NCBI GenBank assembly: GCA_044359285.1
Contig: JBIKMI010000001.1
Location: 1-42,038 of the forward strand
Direction: 5' to 3'
Length of the DNA: 42,038 bases
Origin: Kiritimatiellia bacterium
Lineage (GTDB): Bacteria > Verrucomicrobiota > Kiritimatiellia > CAIKKV01 > CAITUY01
Shown here one piece after another: positions 1 to 9,721 of the stretch. Every line of letters begins with the position of its first letter. The first letter of the stretch is position 1. Made by a program: the position numbers and the translations under genes. The notes beneath the pieces were generated by a model that was given only the letters and a program-made list of their open reading frames with translations, was not told where the DNA came from and searched no databases.

Positions 1-851
1 ACCAACTCCCGCCCCCAATCTCCGTGCCGGTTCGAAAACTCGCTCCAGCCCTCACCTCGCTTCTGCTCCACCACCCTTATCACTTCCTCTACCGTCACCC
101 TCTTCAGCACCTGCCTGCGATCCGGCTGCTCCTTCGTCACTCGCCCAACCCAGCCCTTCACCTTTTCCATAAACTCCAGCGAGCCTATCGCCACTCGGCC
201 CCCAAAATCCTCATATCCTTCCGGCGAATCGCCCCGCGTCACGTGTCGCTGGACATACTCTCGATACGCCTTGCGCCCCCCGCCACGCTCCAGCAACTCC
301 CCCGTCACAAGCCATTCCGGAGCCGGACTATAACCCGCATACGCACCATATGAACTCCACCGGTACTCCTTCAGTTTCTTCAGCCGCCGCTTCACAGCCT
401 CCCGGTCTATCGGTGCCAGCCCCCGGCTTTCTGCACGGTTGCTCGCCTTCCCCAACCCCTCCTTCTTCATCCGAATGGGGTTGAGATGGACATACACGCT
501 GGCCGACATCGCCCAGGAGCCTTCCCCGTCTATCAGCACACTGGCAAACCGTCCTTGGAACACATGCCCCACCCGGTTCCGTCGCCGGTTAAACCATACG
601 CTGTAACTGACATTGAGCCACTGGATGGCCGCGCTGGCGTTCGCATTCGGCGTCCGAATCAACAGGTGATAATGGTTGACCATGAGCACATACGCATGAA
701 TTTCCACCCCGTACCGCTCGACCATCGCGGGTAGCAGTTCAAGAAAATGCTCATGGTCCCTCACGTCCTCGAAGATCAGCCTCCGCTCGATCCCTCGCGC
801 CGTCACATGGTACCATCCTCCCTCAACATCCACTCTTACGGGTCTTGCCAT
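1..851 (-). mobile_element. HUH/Y1 tyrosine transposase-like protein (IS200/RayT superfamily). The C-terminus is truncated by the window edge.
   Basis: Absent from the supplied ORF track because it runs off the window. Manual minus-strand translation from the ATG at 851-849 gives MARPVRVDVEGGWYHVTARGIERRLIFEDVRDHEHFLELL...YVLMVNHYHLLIRTP (HUH motif)...FQGRFAS...KEYRWSSYGAY (Tyr motif)...VTVEEVIRVVEQKRGEGWSEFSNRHGDWGREL. The frame stays open to base 3 (283 codons). The C-terminal part resembles the DnaA-C-like HTH found in long RayT-like proteins; that comparison is from memory. Confidence 0.75.
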
Positions 852-916
852 GCCGCCCCTTGTATCAGACCCACCCGCCAACTCGCAACCTTTATTTGTC
901 GCTTGTCGAGATGTGA

Positions 917-942
917 CCCCGGTGTCGTCCCCCGGTGTCGTC
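917..942. repeat. Perfect tandem direct repeat, 2 x 13 bp (ccccggtgtcgtc)
   Basis: Read directly from the sequence: 917-929 is identical to 930-942. It lies 66-91 bp upstream of the transposase-like start codon. Confidence 0.9.
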
Positions 943-1037
943 TAAATTCCCAGCTTACGCCCCCGCCCCACCATGTTTCTGGGCACATACCGCGTGTCTC
1001 CACGGCATATCCCGCATGCAGACACCAACGATCGAAA

Positions 1038-2105
1038 TCAGCTCCATTGTGATGCCTTGCGGATAAAGGCATCGGCCTCGGCGATGGAATGGCATCCCCC
1101 CGTCAGGGCCACCCCCTCTGGTCGCAGGTTGGCCATCAGATCATCGAGATCATCCAACGTACAGCCACAGACCTGCAACCCCTTGCCTGCAGCCTGGATC
1201 TGTTGGTAAACGGGAATCCATCGGCGGGCAGGGCCATGTCCCTCGCCATAGACCCATTGCACCGCGTCAAGATCGGCTATGCTCAGAATGGCTGGCAGGT
1301 GCGGTAACGCATTGGGACCATCGAGATGATAGACCGAACGGTCCAGGAAGGTGCACTCCTCGGCCAGTCGGGACAGGAAAAACCGCTCGAATAGCTCCGG
1401 TGAAACCATGCAGGAGAAATCGTTACTGGGAACATAGTAGCGACCTTCCGTGAAGAATGTCGCCCAAGTTGTGGTCACGGTTTGCCCCATCTGAAGCATG
1501 ACCTGGTACTGAAGGTCGTAGAAACGCTGGAAATCCGGCTGGATCTTGACCAGTAACCGTTCCACAAGTTCCGGGGAGTCCAGCAGATCGATACAGAAGT
1601 CCTGCGGATTCCGCAGGGAGGCCGCCAGGTCACCGCCGGGGTGGATATCCGTGATCCCGGTAATGAATCGGCCACGGCCCCGTTCCAAACCGCAACGCAT
1701 GATCTCCAGGATCTTGGATATATAGAACGAGTTCGGATTGAAACTCAGGGACTCCAACCTGTCCCAGTCCTGGAGAACGGGATGAGACCATGAGGTTCTC
1801 TCGGAAAAGTCCAATTCCGCTCCATAGGCGGTCGACATGACCTCCGGCCCGAGATTGGGGAAAAACATGGGGATCGCGTCCGCGCCCCAGTAAATGTTCT
1901 CCGTGAACGCCAGCGCGCGATCCACGGCAAAATCGGCGTCGAGCCAGCGCGCCCGGAGCGAGTCATGCCGACTGACTGGCAGCGGTACGCTTTCGGGCTT
2001 TGGCGCGGTGACCTGAATGAAGGGCCGATCCAGAACAGCCCGGTTCCAGAACGCCTCCATCCGCTTCGCGCACATGTCAAAATCGGGTTTTGTTATTAGA
2101 TTCAC
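1038..2105 (-). CDS. Hypothetical enzyme, possibly a uroporphyrinogen-decarboxylase (URO-D)-like family protein
   Basis: 355-aa ORF with globular, non-repetitive composition, divergent from an AraC regulator. The N-terminus (KRMEAFWNRAVLDRPFIQV) and overall length recall URO-D-like, MtaA-like proteins. The family call is weak. Confidence 0.45.
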   Translation of the reverse strand: MNLITKPDFDMCAKRMEAFWNRAVLDRPFIQVTAPKPESVPLPVSRHDSLRARWLDADFAVDRALAFTENIYWGADAIPMFFPNLGPEVMSTAYGAELDFSERTSWSHPVLQDWDRLESLSFNPNSFYISKILEIMRCGLERGRGRFITGITDIHPGGDLAASLRNPQDFCIDLLDSPELVERLLVKIQPDFQRFYDLQYQVMLQMGQTVTTTWATFFTEGRYYVPSNDFSCMVSPELFERFFLSRLAEECTFLDRSVYHLDGPNALPHLPAILSIADLDAVQWVYGEGHGPARRWIPVYQQIQAAGKGLQVCGCTLDDLDDLMANLRPEGVALTGGCHSIAEADAFIRKASQWS

Positions 2106-2208
2106 GGTTCATATCTCCTTCCGTTCTTACAGAATGACATTGACCCTACTGCGATTTTATGAAAGTTTCCTCCCATTATTAAGCCATTTATTCCTGTATT
2201 TTCAGGTC

Positions 2209-3078
2209 ATGCAAATACAAACATCCACGCTCAAGAGAATCGGGCAGATGGGTCTATGGGGACGGAGCGGAGTCCCCTCTCCCATGACCACGCCCCATTG
2301 CCACAACGATATCGAGATCAACTTTATGGAAAAGGGGCGCATCGCCTATCTCTTCCGTGATCGGCGCATCACAATCCAGGAGGGGCAGTGGGCGATCTTC
2401 TGGGGAGCCGTGCCGCACCGCCTGACCGAGGTTGCCCAACCGCGCATGCACTGGGTGACCGTCCCGCTGGCTCGGTTCCTCCAATGGACGTTGCCCTCAG
2501 CCTTCACGGAATCCATTCTGCATGGAACCTTACATACCCCGCCCGCCCTGCCTTGGGATCCTGCGCTGATAGCGGACTGGTGCCGCACACTCAGTCACCG
2601 TGAACTTGCCGGGGAACACGATGAAGCCATCGCATTGATGGAAATCGAGGCCCGGTTGTTCAGGATGGCACAGTCCTGGGTTCCGCCACGCTTGACCCAA
2701 CCCTCCCGGCCCTCCACCAACCCATCGAAGGTCGAAACGATGGCCTGCTACATCTCGCTACATTACCAGGATCCATTGCGGCTCGAGACCATCACCGGTT
2801 CAACCGGCCTGCACCGAAACTACGCCTGCGCCCTGTTCAAGTCGGTTTTTGGGGTGAGCCTGATGGACTATGTGATCCAGCACCGGGTGTGGCACGCGCA
2901 ACGCATGTTGTCCACAACCAACAATAAGATCATCGATGTCGCGATGGAGGCGGGATTCGGATCCCTCTCCCGCTTCTACGCGCAATTTTCCCGCCTTTGC
3001 GGCATGACTCCCCGCGCCTATCGCCAGCAGTGCCAGGCTCCGGGTGTGGCTACGGAATATCACAAGCGCAAAGACTGA
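2209..3078 (+). CDS. AraC family transcriptional regulator (cupin sensor domain plus HTH_18)
   Basis: The C-terminus (ISLHYQDPLRLETITGSTGLHRNYACALFKSVFGVSLMDYVIQHRVWHAQRMLSTTNNKIIDVAMEAGFGSLSRFYAQFSRLCGMTPRAYR) is a typical AraC double HTH. The N-terminus is cupin-like (PHCHNDIEINFMEKG). I chose the ATG at 2209 (MQIQTS...) because the track ORF start at 2017 would overlap the divergent gene. Confidence 0.85.
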   Translation: MQIQTSTLKRIGQMGLWGRSGVPSPMTTPHCHNDIEINFMEKGRIAYLFRDRRITIQEGQWAIFWGAVPHRLTEVAQPRMHWVTVPLARFLQWTLPSAFTESILHGTLHTPPALPWDPALIADWCRTLSHRELAGEHDEAIALMEIEARLFRMAQSWVPPRLTQPSRPSTNPSKVETMACYISLHYQDPLRLETITGSTGLHRNYACALFKSVFGVSLMDYVIQHRVWHAQRMLSTTNNKIIDVAMEAGFGSLSRFYAQFSRLCGMTPRAYRQQCQAPGVATEYHKRKD

Positions 3079-3156
3079 TTGCCAGCACGCCACCCGGAGC
3101 ACGCATCGGGGTCACGGCACGCATCCCGCAGCACCCCGGACGCCTAACATCACCGA

Positions 3157-6100
3157 CTATTTCTCGCTGGCCGCCCTGATCCTGGGCGAGCAAATCGCCG
3201 TCAACAGCAATCCCAGTACCACCGCCCCCGCCACCACCGAACCCAGCAACCGGCCCCACCATCCGCTTGACGCCTTGAATTCAATGGCCATCTCACTGTC
3301 GGGGTGAATTTGCAGTTCACGGTGAAACGCCAGATGTTGGCCCAGGATCGGCATCGTGATCCGGATCGGATTCGCCCGAACCTGCGCTGCCGCCTGCTGT
3401 TCCAGCAGCTTGTCGGCCACCATGTTGAGATTGCCGATGTCCTTCGCATCCATTTGCTGCTCCACCTGCCGCCCGTAATCCGCCGTCCATTCGCCCTCCA
3501 CGAGCTGCCGGACAGGGGCGTTGGCCGCCAGACCTTGCGCCGACTCATCCTCATCCTGCACGTTTCGGGCCTTCTTGAGCGCCGACCGCCGGTTGTAGAA
3601 ACCCACGACCGCCTGTTGGCGCATCAGGTTGCGGTATTGAATCCGGGCGTCTTCGTTCAGGCCCTGCTGACCTTGGGAAAATACCACCGCCTCCTTCAAG
3701 GCCTGTTTGGCTTGCGCCTGCTTGCCTGCTTTCCAGAAGGTCTCTCCCTGCTTCAGCACCTCCTCCGCCCTGGCATTGTAGGCCAGCATCGCGTTCCGCG
3801 TTTCCTGCTCGTAGTTATATGTCACCACGCCATCCTGATGCCACTCGGGCCTGTGTAGCAGTGTCCCGCCAAACCCATGATAGCGATAGCCGGAGGGCAG
3901 GTACACGTCCCAGCGCACATCCGTCAACGGCACATTAAAGCGCGGCCCCTCTAGGCGCTGCCGCCCGAACCAGTGTCCCTTGCCCGCCGGGGTCGCATAG
4001 GTCAACTCCACCGCCGCCTCACCCGTCGTCCGGACCGACTCCAGCGGCACCAGCAGCTTCCCGTCCTTTTTCAACGGCATCACCGCCGCCCCGTTGACAA
4101 ACACCGACCACGCCACCGACCCCTCGGGCAGCACGGTTTCCAGCGCCCTCAGGCTTCCCGCCTGCATCTGTATCACCACCCGCGTCACCCGCTGGCCGTC
4201 CTCCGATTCCACCGTCGTCAACCGCACCGACTCCACCCGCGCCGGCAGCATCTCGGCTGAATCATGCCGCACCACCGACAGGGCCAGAGCATAATCCGCT
4301 CGCGTCGTCCGATAACACAGGATCGCGTCCGAGAGATCCCCAGCGCCGAACGTCCCCGGCACACTCCTCGCGTCGTCCGGATACAGCCCGTCGGGAACCC
4401 CGGTGGGCTTTACCTGCAATCGCCCCGCGGCAAATACGACCACATATCCTTTCTGTGAATCAGCCCCCACCGTCTGGACCGGCGCCATATCCATCCCCGC
4501 CGCCTTCGAATCCACCGGCTGCTGGTAGCTGACGTCCAACGCATAGCGGTTTTCCACCTTGCCCTGCAGTTCAACCTCCCAGAGCCCCTGCGCCTTGTCC
4601 ACTTCGCTGACTTTGGCAATGTTCCGCCCGGAAACCGTCAGCGACACCCCTTTAGCCGGGCTCTTGAACCGGAACACCTTCACGCCCGCCTGGTCGATCT
4701 TGTACTGAACGAAGCACCTCCCATGGATCATGCCCTCGGAAATATCGGCCCGCTGGAGCAGATCGGCCCGCACCACCGGCGCCAGCGTCTCGGTCTTCAG
4801 CGTCACCGACCAGTCTGGCCGCAGCAACCGGTAGGCCAGATATCCTGGCTGCTCGATCCCCAGTTCTTTCGGATGCACTTCGCTAACCCCGTCCCGCTCA
4901 TGCGTCAGGAACCGTACGCCCCGCTCTCCCGACACCGCCAGGGTCCCCACATGCTTGACCGCATCCCGCACGCCAATCCTCGGCACCTTGACCAGCGCCT
5001 CGACACCCTTCTCCATCCGTCCCAACACCACATTGAGATTCCGCACCCCCAACGCCTGCTTGTTGAAGTGCACAACCACCCCGCGCCCGCCTTCCTTGAC
5101 CTCGTCCCAGTGGCTCACATCGTCGCCTGTCAGCGTCTCGATGTCGAACCGGTCAGGCAGATCCAGCCGCAGATCAAAGACACCCGCGCGGTTGATGGTG
5201 ACGGCCAGCCGCGAAGTCAGCACCAGTCGCTCGTCCGAGATGTCGAGACTGGCGTCTTCCACCACTCGCACTTCCGGCAGCACTGGTTCGGCATGCACCG
5301 CTGCCGATACCGGCAATTCATGATATCGGTAGGCCAGTTTGATCTCGGGTAACCCCGTGTATACTGCCCGCTTCTGCAATATCGGCACGCTGTCCTTGGA
5401 GAAATCGCTGACGTTCATCCGGCTGACGCCCTTCAGCGACGCCTCGTCAACACGCAGTTGGACCCCGTTCCCCGCCGCCAATGCAATACTCCCCCTCTGG
5501 CGCGCACAGCCTTCCACGACCGGCGCCATGACCACCACATCATATGGCAGGCCTTCCCGCGCCATCTGCGTGGTTAATGTCACCGCCAAATCGCCGCTCA
5601 CAGGCTTGTCCAGAAGGGCCTCGACCATGCGCGTGTCGGCGTCGAACCGCCACGTCACCAGACCCGGCGCCTCAACCGCCGTCACGCTGCTGCCTTCCGG
5701 AATCCTGTACCGCAGTGCCTGGATTTCGCCCTGCGCAATCTGGTACCGCGCCACATGGGTCATGCTCAGCAGGCCGGGCGATACCACGGCATACGTCTGC
5801 AAATCGCAATAGAACAGCGCCCGCTCCAGCCTGGTGGCCCGCTCCCGCGGCTGCCAGACAATCTCGGCATCGGATGCGTCGTACAGCAGCATCACCGCCG
5901 TTGTCCGTCCCTCGCGGTCCGCTACGTCAAGGCGCGCCGCCTGCTCGGAACTCACCGACCAGCCGCCAGACGGAATCGTCAGCTTCACCTCGTTCTTCAA
6001 GTGCGGCGGCAGGCTTAAAGACAGGCGCCACGCGCCGCTGCCGCCACTGACCGTTGCAATTCCCGAGAACTTGATCTCACGCCGCCCTGCCTTCCGCAAC

Positions 6101-9100
6101 GCGACCGAATACCCGTTGGTATCCGCCGTCAGACTGGACCAGCGGGGATCAAGCGATGAACCCGTCAGCACAATGTTTGCCGGGAAGACCTGGAAACTTA
6201 TCGGCTTGTCGCAATCAACCTTGAGCGTCAGCTCAAGCCTGGCAATCCCTTCCCGTTCACGCAGGGGGTCCGGCGCCTCAATCTGCAATTCCGCTGACCG
6301 GATGTCGCTGGCCGTGGCCGGCGTTGCCACTGCCGCGGCCTCCACCCACGGCCACGCCAGGCATGGCACGGCCGCCAGCACGGTCATGAACATCAGTAAC
6401 CCAATCCGGATTCCACCCTCCGTCCCCGCGCCCGAACGGTTCCCAGCCCCCTGCGGCATCGTCGCAAACGGTGGCGGCATCGTCTCATCATCCCGCTTCA
6501 CACGGTCCGCCACGGTTGCGCGCTTGCCGGCGCCCCTGCGGTAGACGCCCCGTAACAACGCAACCCAATATACCAGGGGCATCACGACCATCAGCCCCGC
6601 CGCCGCCACATTCACCACCATGGGAATAACCGCCACCCCCCACAGGGTCACCGTTAACCCCAGCGCCACCCACACCGGTTTCCGTTTCCGGATCAATGCC
6701 CACAGGGTCAGTCCTGCCCCGGCCACGCCGCCCAGCAACAGCCGGACCATGCCTCCGCTTCCTCCCATCCAATGGGGAACCACCCGGATCTGGACCGCCA
6801 GCTCGCGATCGGACAGCGTCACGGACTTGGTGAATTCCACCTGCCGCGATACCCCGCTATCCCCGCCAGTCACATCAAAGACAGCCCCTGCCAGCGGATT
6901 AAGCCCAGCCAGGATCACCACACAGGCAATCAAGCCGATGATTAAGGTTGTAATCACAAGCCCCACAGCCGCCGCCGACCCTATCCCGTTTCTCCCGATC
7001 ACATAGGCGCACCCTGCCGTCATCAGCGCAAACATCAACGCCGCCGCCAGGATACCCCTTCCCGTTTGCCAAACCCCCGCCACCATCCGGCCCGCCGCCT
7101 CGCATACCGCCGTCAACCCCACCCCCGGCATCGGCGGCGGCGCCATGTTCCCGCCGGACGGCAGCAGTGAGAGCGTCTCCGGACCGGTCAGCACCCATCG
7201 CGCAAACACCGACTGCGCTATCGAGACCGGCGACCGGAACGTGTGCGACGAGAACCACTTCATCTTCGGATACCCCTCGGCATACGTCAGATCCACACGC
7301 AACGGCGTATTGGCATCCAACAGCCGTTTCATGGGAACCAGCAGCATCCCTTTCCCGTCATCCAGGACGCGCACCACTTCGCTGTCCACCTTGGCCGACC
7401 ACAACGCCGCCGTCTTCGGCAACGTCACCCCCAGGAATTGCTGCGCGGTGTTCTTCACGAAATACGTCGCCTCGGTCACCGCTTCCCCATCCCGGCTGAT
7501 CCTCGTCTGAAGCGTGATGTGATCCGCCACATGGTCCAACAAAGCCTGGGTTCCGATCCGCCGTACCGCCATCTTGATCACATGGGGAATCCCGACGCTC
7601 TTGTATGCCTTGAGGACCGGATCATTGACCAGCAGCGCATACTCTCTGGGCAACTCCTCCGGCGCAATCCCGATCACCGCCGCCTCACGCTTCGATTCCG
7701 GCTCGAACGCCAGACTGGCCGGCCCTGCAATCGCCACGTAGCCAACCTCGCTGGCGGCATTCACCGCCTCTACTCCGCCCGCGGTCAATTCCGCCCCCTC
7801 ATACGCGAACGGCTGGTCATAGGTCATCAGCAACGTATAGTCACCTAGCACCTTCTCCTGCAGCGACACCGTCACCAGTTCGCCTTCCCGTTCCCACCCG
7901 CGGATATCTCTTCCGGTAAAATCAACATTCTGGCAGGTCGCAGGCACCTTTACCACGAACCGGCGAACCGGGGCCCCCTCAATCCGGCACGTCAGCGTCA
8001 CACTGCCATAGAGCGCGCCTTCCCCGACCGACACCAGATGGAACAGCTCCGCATGCATCGCCACATCCGCCTGTTCCACCAGAACCTGCAAATCCCACCC
8101 CGGATCCTTGAACCGATAGGCCCTCTGCGCATCCGGCGTCCGGAACGGCACCGAGCCCGTATGCACTTCGGTCAATCCCGCCGCCTTACCCTCCTTCAGC
8201 CGTACCCCTTTTTCCGCCCGCAGCACCACATACCCGCGCTCCACCCGGGCGTCGCGCACCTTCAACCGCGGCACCGTGAACAACGCGCATCCGTCGTTCC
8301 ATGTTCGCTCCATCCGCACCGACAGTAGCGTATGACCGAGCACCGCCTCCTTGAGTGTAACCACAATCTGCCGCCCCGCCGCTGTCTCGCGTACGTCATA
8401 ATCAGCCACGGCGGCCCCCTGCACCTGCGCCACCGACCACCCCGGCACCGTCTCCAGCACCAGATCCCGGGTCGGGGCCTCGCGCACATCCACGTCCAAA
8501 GCCGTATCCACCGTCACCCCGTTATCCTCGTAGGACACCGTCACCCGGTCATCCGCCGTCAACACCGTCACCACATCCTCTGCGGCGATCCGCATCTGGA
8601 ACGGAAGGTGCGCATATTGGTACGCCAGAACAGACCGCGTGGGCAGGGCCACCGCGGCCTCTGTCAGTTTGGGGAACGCCGCCGCATCCACCTGATTCAA
8701 CCCCGCCGACTTGTCGACCAGCAACTTGATCGCGCTGTCCGTTCCCATCAGCAGGAACCCGCTCGCCCGGATGACATCGCGCGGCACAATCACCGGCATA
8801 TCAAAGCGGCACGGGAACGCCGCCAACACCCGCTCCCCCTCGATACGTAGCGTATAGACCTTTTCCTTGGGCCGGCTGAGACTCACTTTCAACAGGCGCT
8901 CGCCGGTCGGCAGCGTCTCCGTACGCCATTCCCGGATGTCTTCCCCTGTCACCTGAGTCACGTTTAACAGCTCGGGCAACGCCAGCGTGGCAGAATCCAT
9001 CACCCCCTGGATGATCCGGTAACTGAACACGGTGTTCATCTTCAACGCCCCGACCCCCGCCACCGCAACCGTCCGCCCATCACAGGCCACCGCCAGTTCA

Positions 9101-9642
9101 CCTTCCAGTTTCTGCACCTGGGGTTTCCATCGGACATCCACCGGGGCCCCCGGCGCCAGGAAGACTTCCGCCTCCGTCCCGCCTCCCGCCACCGGCCGCT
9201 TCGCCACCGGCACCGCCTCGCCGAATTGCATCTCAAGGTCGTCACGGTCGGACGTCATCGTTAATCGCCGGATCACGCTGCCCGGCACCGTAAACGACGC
9301 CTTACGCCATTCTCCCTGCCGGTCCGGTGTCACCGCAAAAGAGAACGTCATGGCCTGCTCGCCCCGCGAGGCAAACCGCACGGAATACATCGTCCCCTCC
9401 CGGTCAAGGGATACCCCCCGAGGCAGGGTCCCCTCCATGAACACCACCTTGCCATCGGCCAGCGGCAGCGTCGCCCCCGCCTGGGCAACATCCACCTTGA
9501 CCGCCATCGTGAACGTCACATTCTCCCCCTTGACTCCACCCGACACTTCAAGCGATTTGACGGTGATCTCCGGCCGGCTCTCCGCCATCGCATTCACCAT
9601 CGCCATCATCACCACCGCGCCTGCCAGGAATAATCTCTTCAT
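3157..9642 (-). CDS. Giant (2161 aa) secreted, polytopic membrane protein of unknown function with two paralogous ~800-aa extracytoplasmic modules
   Basis: N-terminal signal peptide MKRLFLAGAVVMMAMVNAMA. Hydrophobic cluster of about 5 TM helices at residues 862-1035. Basic linker (YRRGAGKR...VKRDDE). Second signal-like helix IRIGLLMFMTVLAAVPCLAWPWVEAAAVA at about residues 1078-1105. Module B (residues 1106 to about 1900) aligns by eye with module A. K/Q/A-rich helical region and a C-terminal TM helix (LLGSVVAGAVVLGLLLTAI). Confidence 0.85.
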   Translation of the reverse strand: MKRLFLAGAVVMMAMVNAMAESRPEITVKSLEVSGGVKGENVTFTMAVKVDVAQAGATLPLADGKVVFMEGTLPRGVSLDREGTMYSVRFASRGEQAMTFSFAVTPDRQGEWRKASFTVPGSVIRRLTMTSDRDDLEMQFGEAVPVAKRPVAGGGTEAEVFLAPGAPVDVRWKPQVQKLEGELAVACDGRTVAVAGVGALKMNTVFSYRIIQGVMDSATLALPELLNVTQVTGEDIREWRTETLPTGERLLKVSLSRPKEKVYTLRIEGERVLAAFPCRFDMPVIVPRDVIRASGFLLMGTDSAIKLLVDKSAGLNQVDAAAFPKLTEAAVALPTRSVLAYQYAHLPFQMRIAAEDVVTVLTADDRVTVSYEDNGVTVDTALDVDVREAPTRDLVLETVPGWSVAQVQGAAVADYDVRETAAGRQIVVTLKEAVLGHTLLSVRMERTWNDGCALFTVPRLKVRDARVERGYVVLRAEKGVRLKEGKAAGLTEVHTGSVPFRTPDAQRAYRFKDPGWDLQVLVEQADVAMHAELFHLVSVGEGALYGSVTLTCRIEGAPVRRFVVKVPATCQNVDFTGRDIRGWEREGELVTVSLQEKVLGDYTLLMTYDQPFAYEGAELTAGGVEAVNAASEVGYVAIAGPASLAFEPESKREAAVIGIAPEELPREYALLVNDPVLKAYKSVGIPHVIKMAVRRIGTQALLDHVADHITLQTRISRDGEAVTEATYFVKNTAQQFLGVTLPKTAALWSAKVDSEVVRVLDDGKGMLLVPMKRLLDANTPLRVDLTYAEGYPKMKWFSSHTFRSPVSIAQSVFARWVLTGPETLSLLPSGGNMAPPPMPGVGLTAVCEAAGRMVAGVWQTGRGILAAALMFALMTAGCAYVIGRNGIGSAAAVGLVITTLIIGLIACVVILAGLNPLAGAVFDVTGGDSGVSRQVEFTKSVTLSDRELAVQIRVVPHWMGGSGGMVRLLLGGVAGAGLTLWALIRKRKPVWVALGLTVTLWGVAVIPMVVNVAAAGLMVVMPLVYWVALLRGVYRRGAGKRATVADRVKRDDETMPPPFATMPQGAGNRSGAGTEGGIRIGLLMFMTVLAAVPCLAWPWVEAAAVATPATASDIRSAELQIEAPDPLREREGIARLELTLKVDCDKPISFQVFPANIVLTGSSLDPRWSSLTADTNGYSVALRKAGRREIKFSGIATVSGGSGAWRLSLSLPPHLKNEVKLTIPSGGWSVSSEQAARLDVADREGRTTAVMLLYDASDAEIVWQPRERATRLERALFYCDLQTYAVVSPGLLSMTHVARYQIAQGEIQALRYRIPEGSSVTAVEAPGLVTWRFDADTRMVEALLDKPVSGDLAVTLTTQMAREGLPYDVVVMAPVVEGCARQRGSIALAAGNGVQLRVDEASLKGVSRMNVSDFSKDSVPILQKRAVYTGLPEIKLAYRYHELPVSAAVHAEPVLPEVRVVEDASLDISDERLVLTSRLAVTINRAGVFDLRLDLPDRFDIETLTGDDVSHWDEVKEGGRGVVVHFNKQALGVRNLNVVLGRMEKGVEALVKVPRIGVRDAVKHVGTLAVSGERGVRFLTHERDGVSEVHPKELGIEQPGYLAYRLLRPDWSVTLKTETLAPVVRADLLQRADISEGMIHGRCFVQYKIDQAGVKVFRFKSPAKGVSLTVSGRNIAKVSEVDKAQGLWEVELQGKVENRYALDVSYQQPVDSKAAGMDMAPVQTVGADSQKGYVVVFAAGRLQVKPTGVPDGLYPDDARSVPGTFGAGDLSDAILCYRTTRADYALALSVVRHDSAEMLPARVESVRLTTVESEDGQRVTRVVIQMQAGSLRALETVLPEGSVAWSVFVNGAAVMPLKKDGKLLVPLESVRTTGEAAVELTYATPAGKGHWFGRQRLEGPRFNVPLTDVRWDVYLPSGYRYHGFGGTLLHRPEWHQDGVVTYNYEQETRNAMLAYNARAEEVLKQGETFWKAGKQAQAKQALKEAVVFSQGQQGLNEDARIQYRNLMRQQAVVGFYNRRSALKKARNVQDEDESAQGLAANAPVRQLVEGEWTADYGRQVEQQMDAKDIGNLNMVADKLLEQQAAAQVRANPIRITMPILGQHLAFHRELQIHPDSEMAIEFKASSGWWGRLLGSVVAGAVVLGLLLTAICSPRIRAASEK

Positions 9643-9693
9643 GATGAACTCCTTCCATCCATCTATACGTCTGTTTCACACACTGCTCAGGTG

Positions 9694-9716
9694 GCGTTCG
9701 CCGTCCCGGCGAACGC
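9694..9716 (-). other. Intercistronic stem-loop (10-bp perfect stem, 3-nt loop)
   Basis: gcgttcgccg-tcc-cggcgaacgc, located between the anti-sigma stop (9722) and the giant-gene start (9642). No U-tract follows it on the minus strand. Confidence 0.4.
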
Positions 9717-9721
9717 ATTGC

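Noticed and set aside
24-734. Plus-strand ORFs 24-353 and 486-734 at the window start
   Set aside because: The opposite strand encodes a continuous HUH-transposase-like frame with conserved motifs. The plus-strand products are proline/arginine-rich shadows of it.
3098-3124. Short direct repeat gcacgcatc x2 in the convergent AraC/giant-gene spacer, considered as a terminator or binding site
   Set aside because: It is only 9 bp, with no stable hairpin or T-tract, and is consistent with chance in GC-rich DNA.
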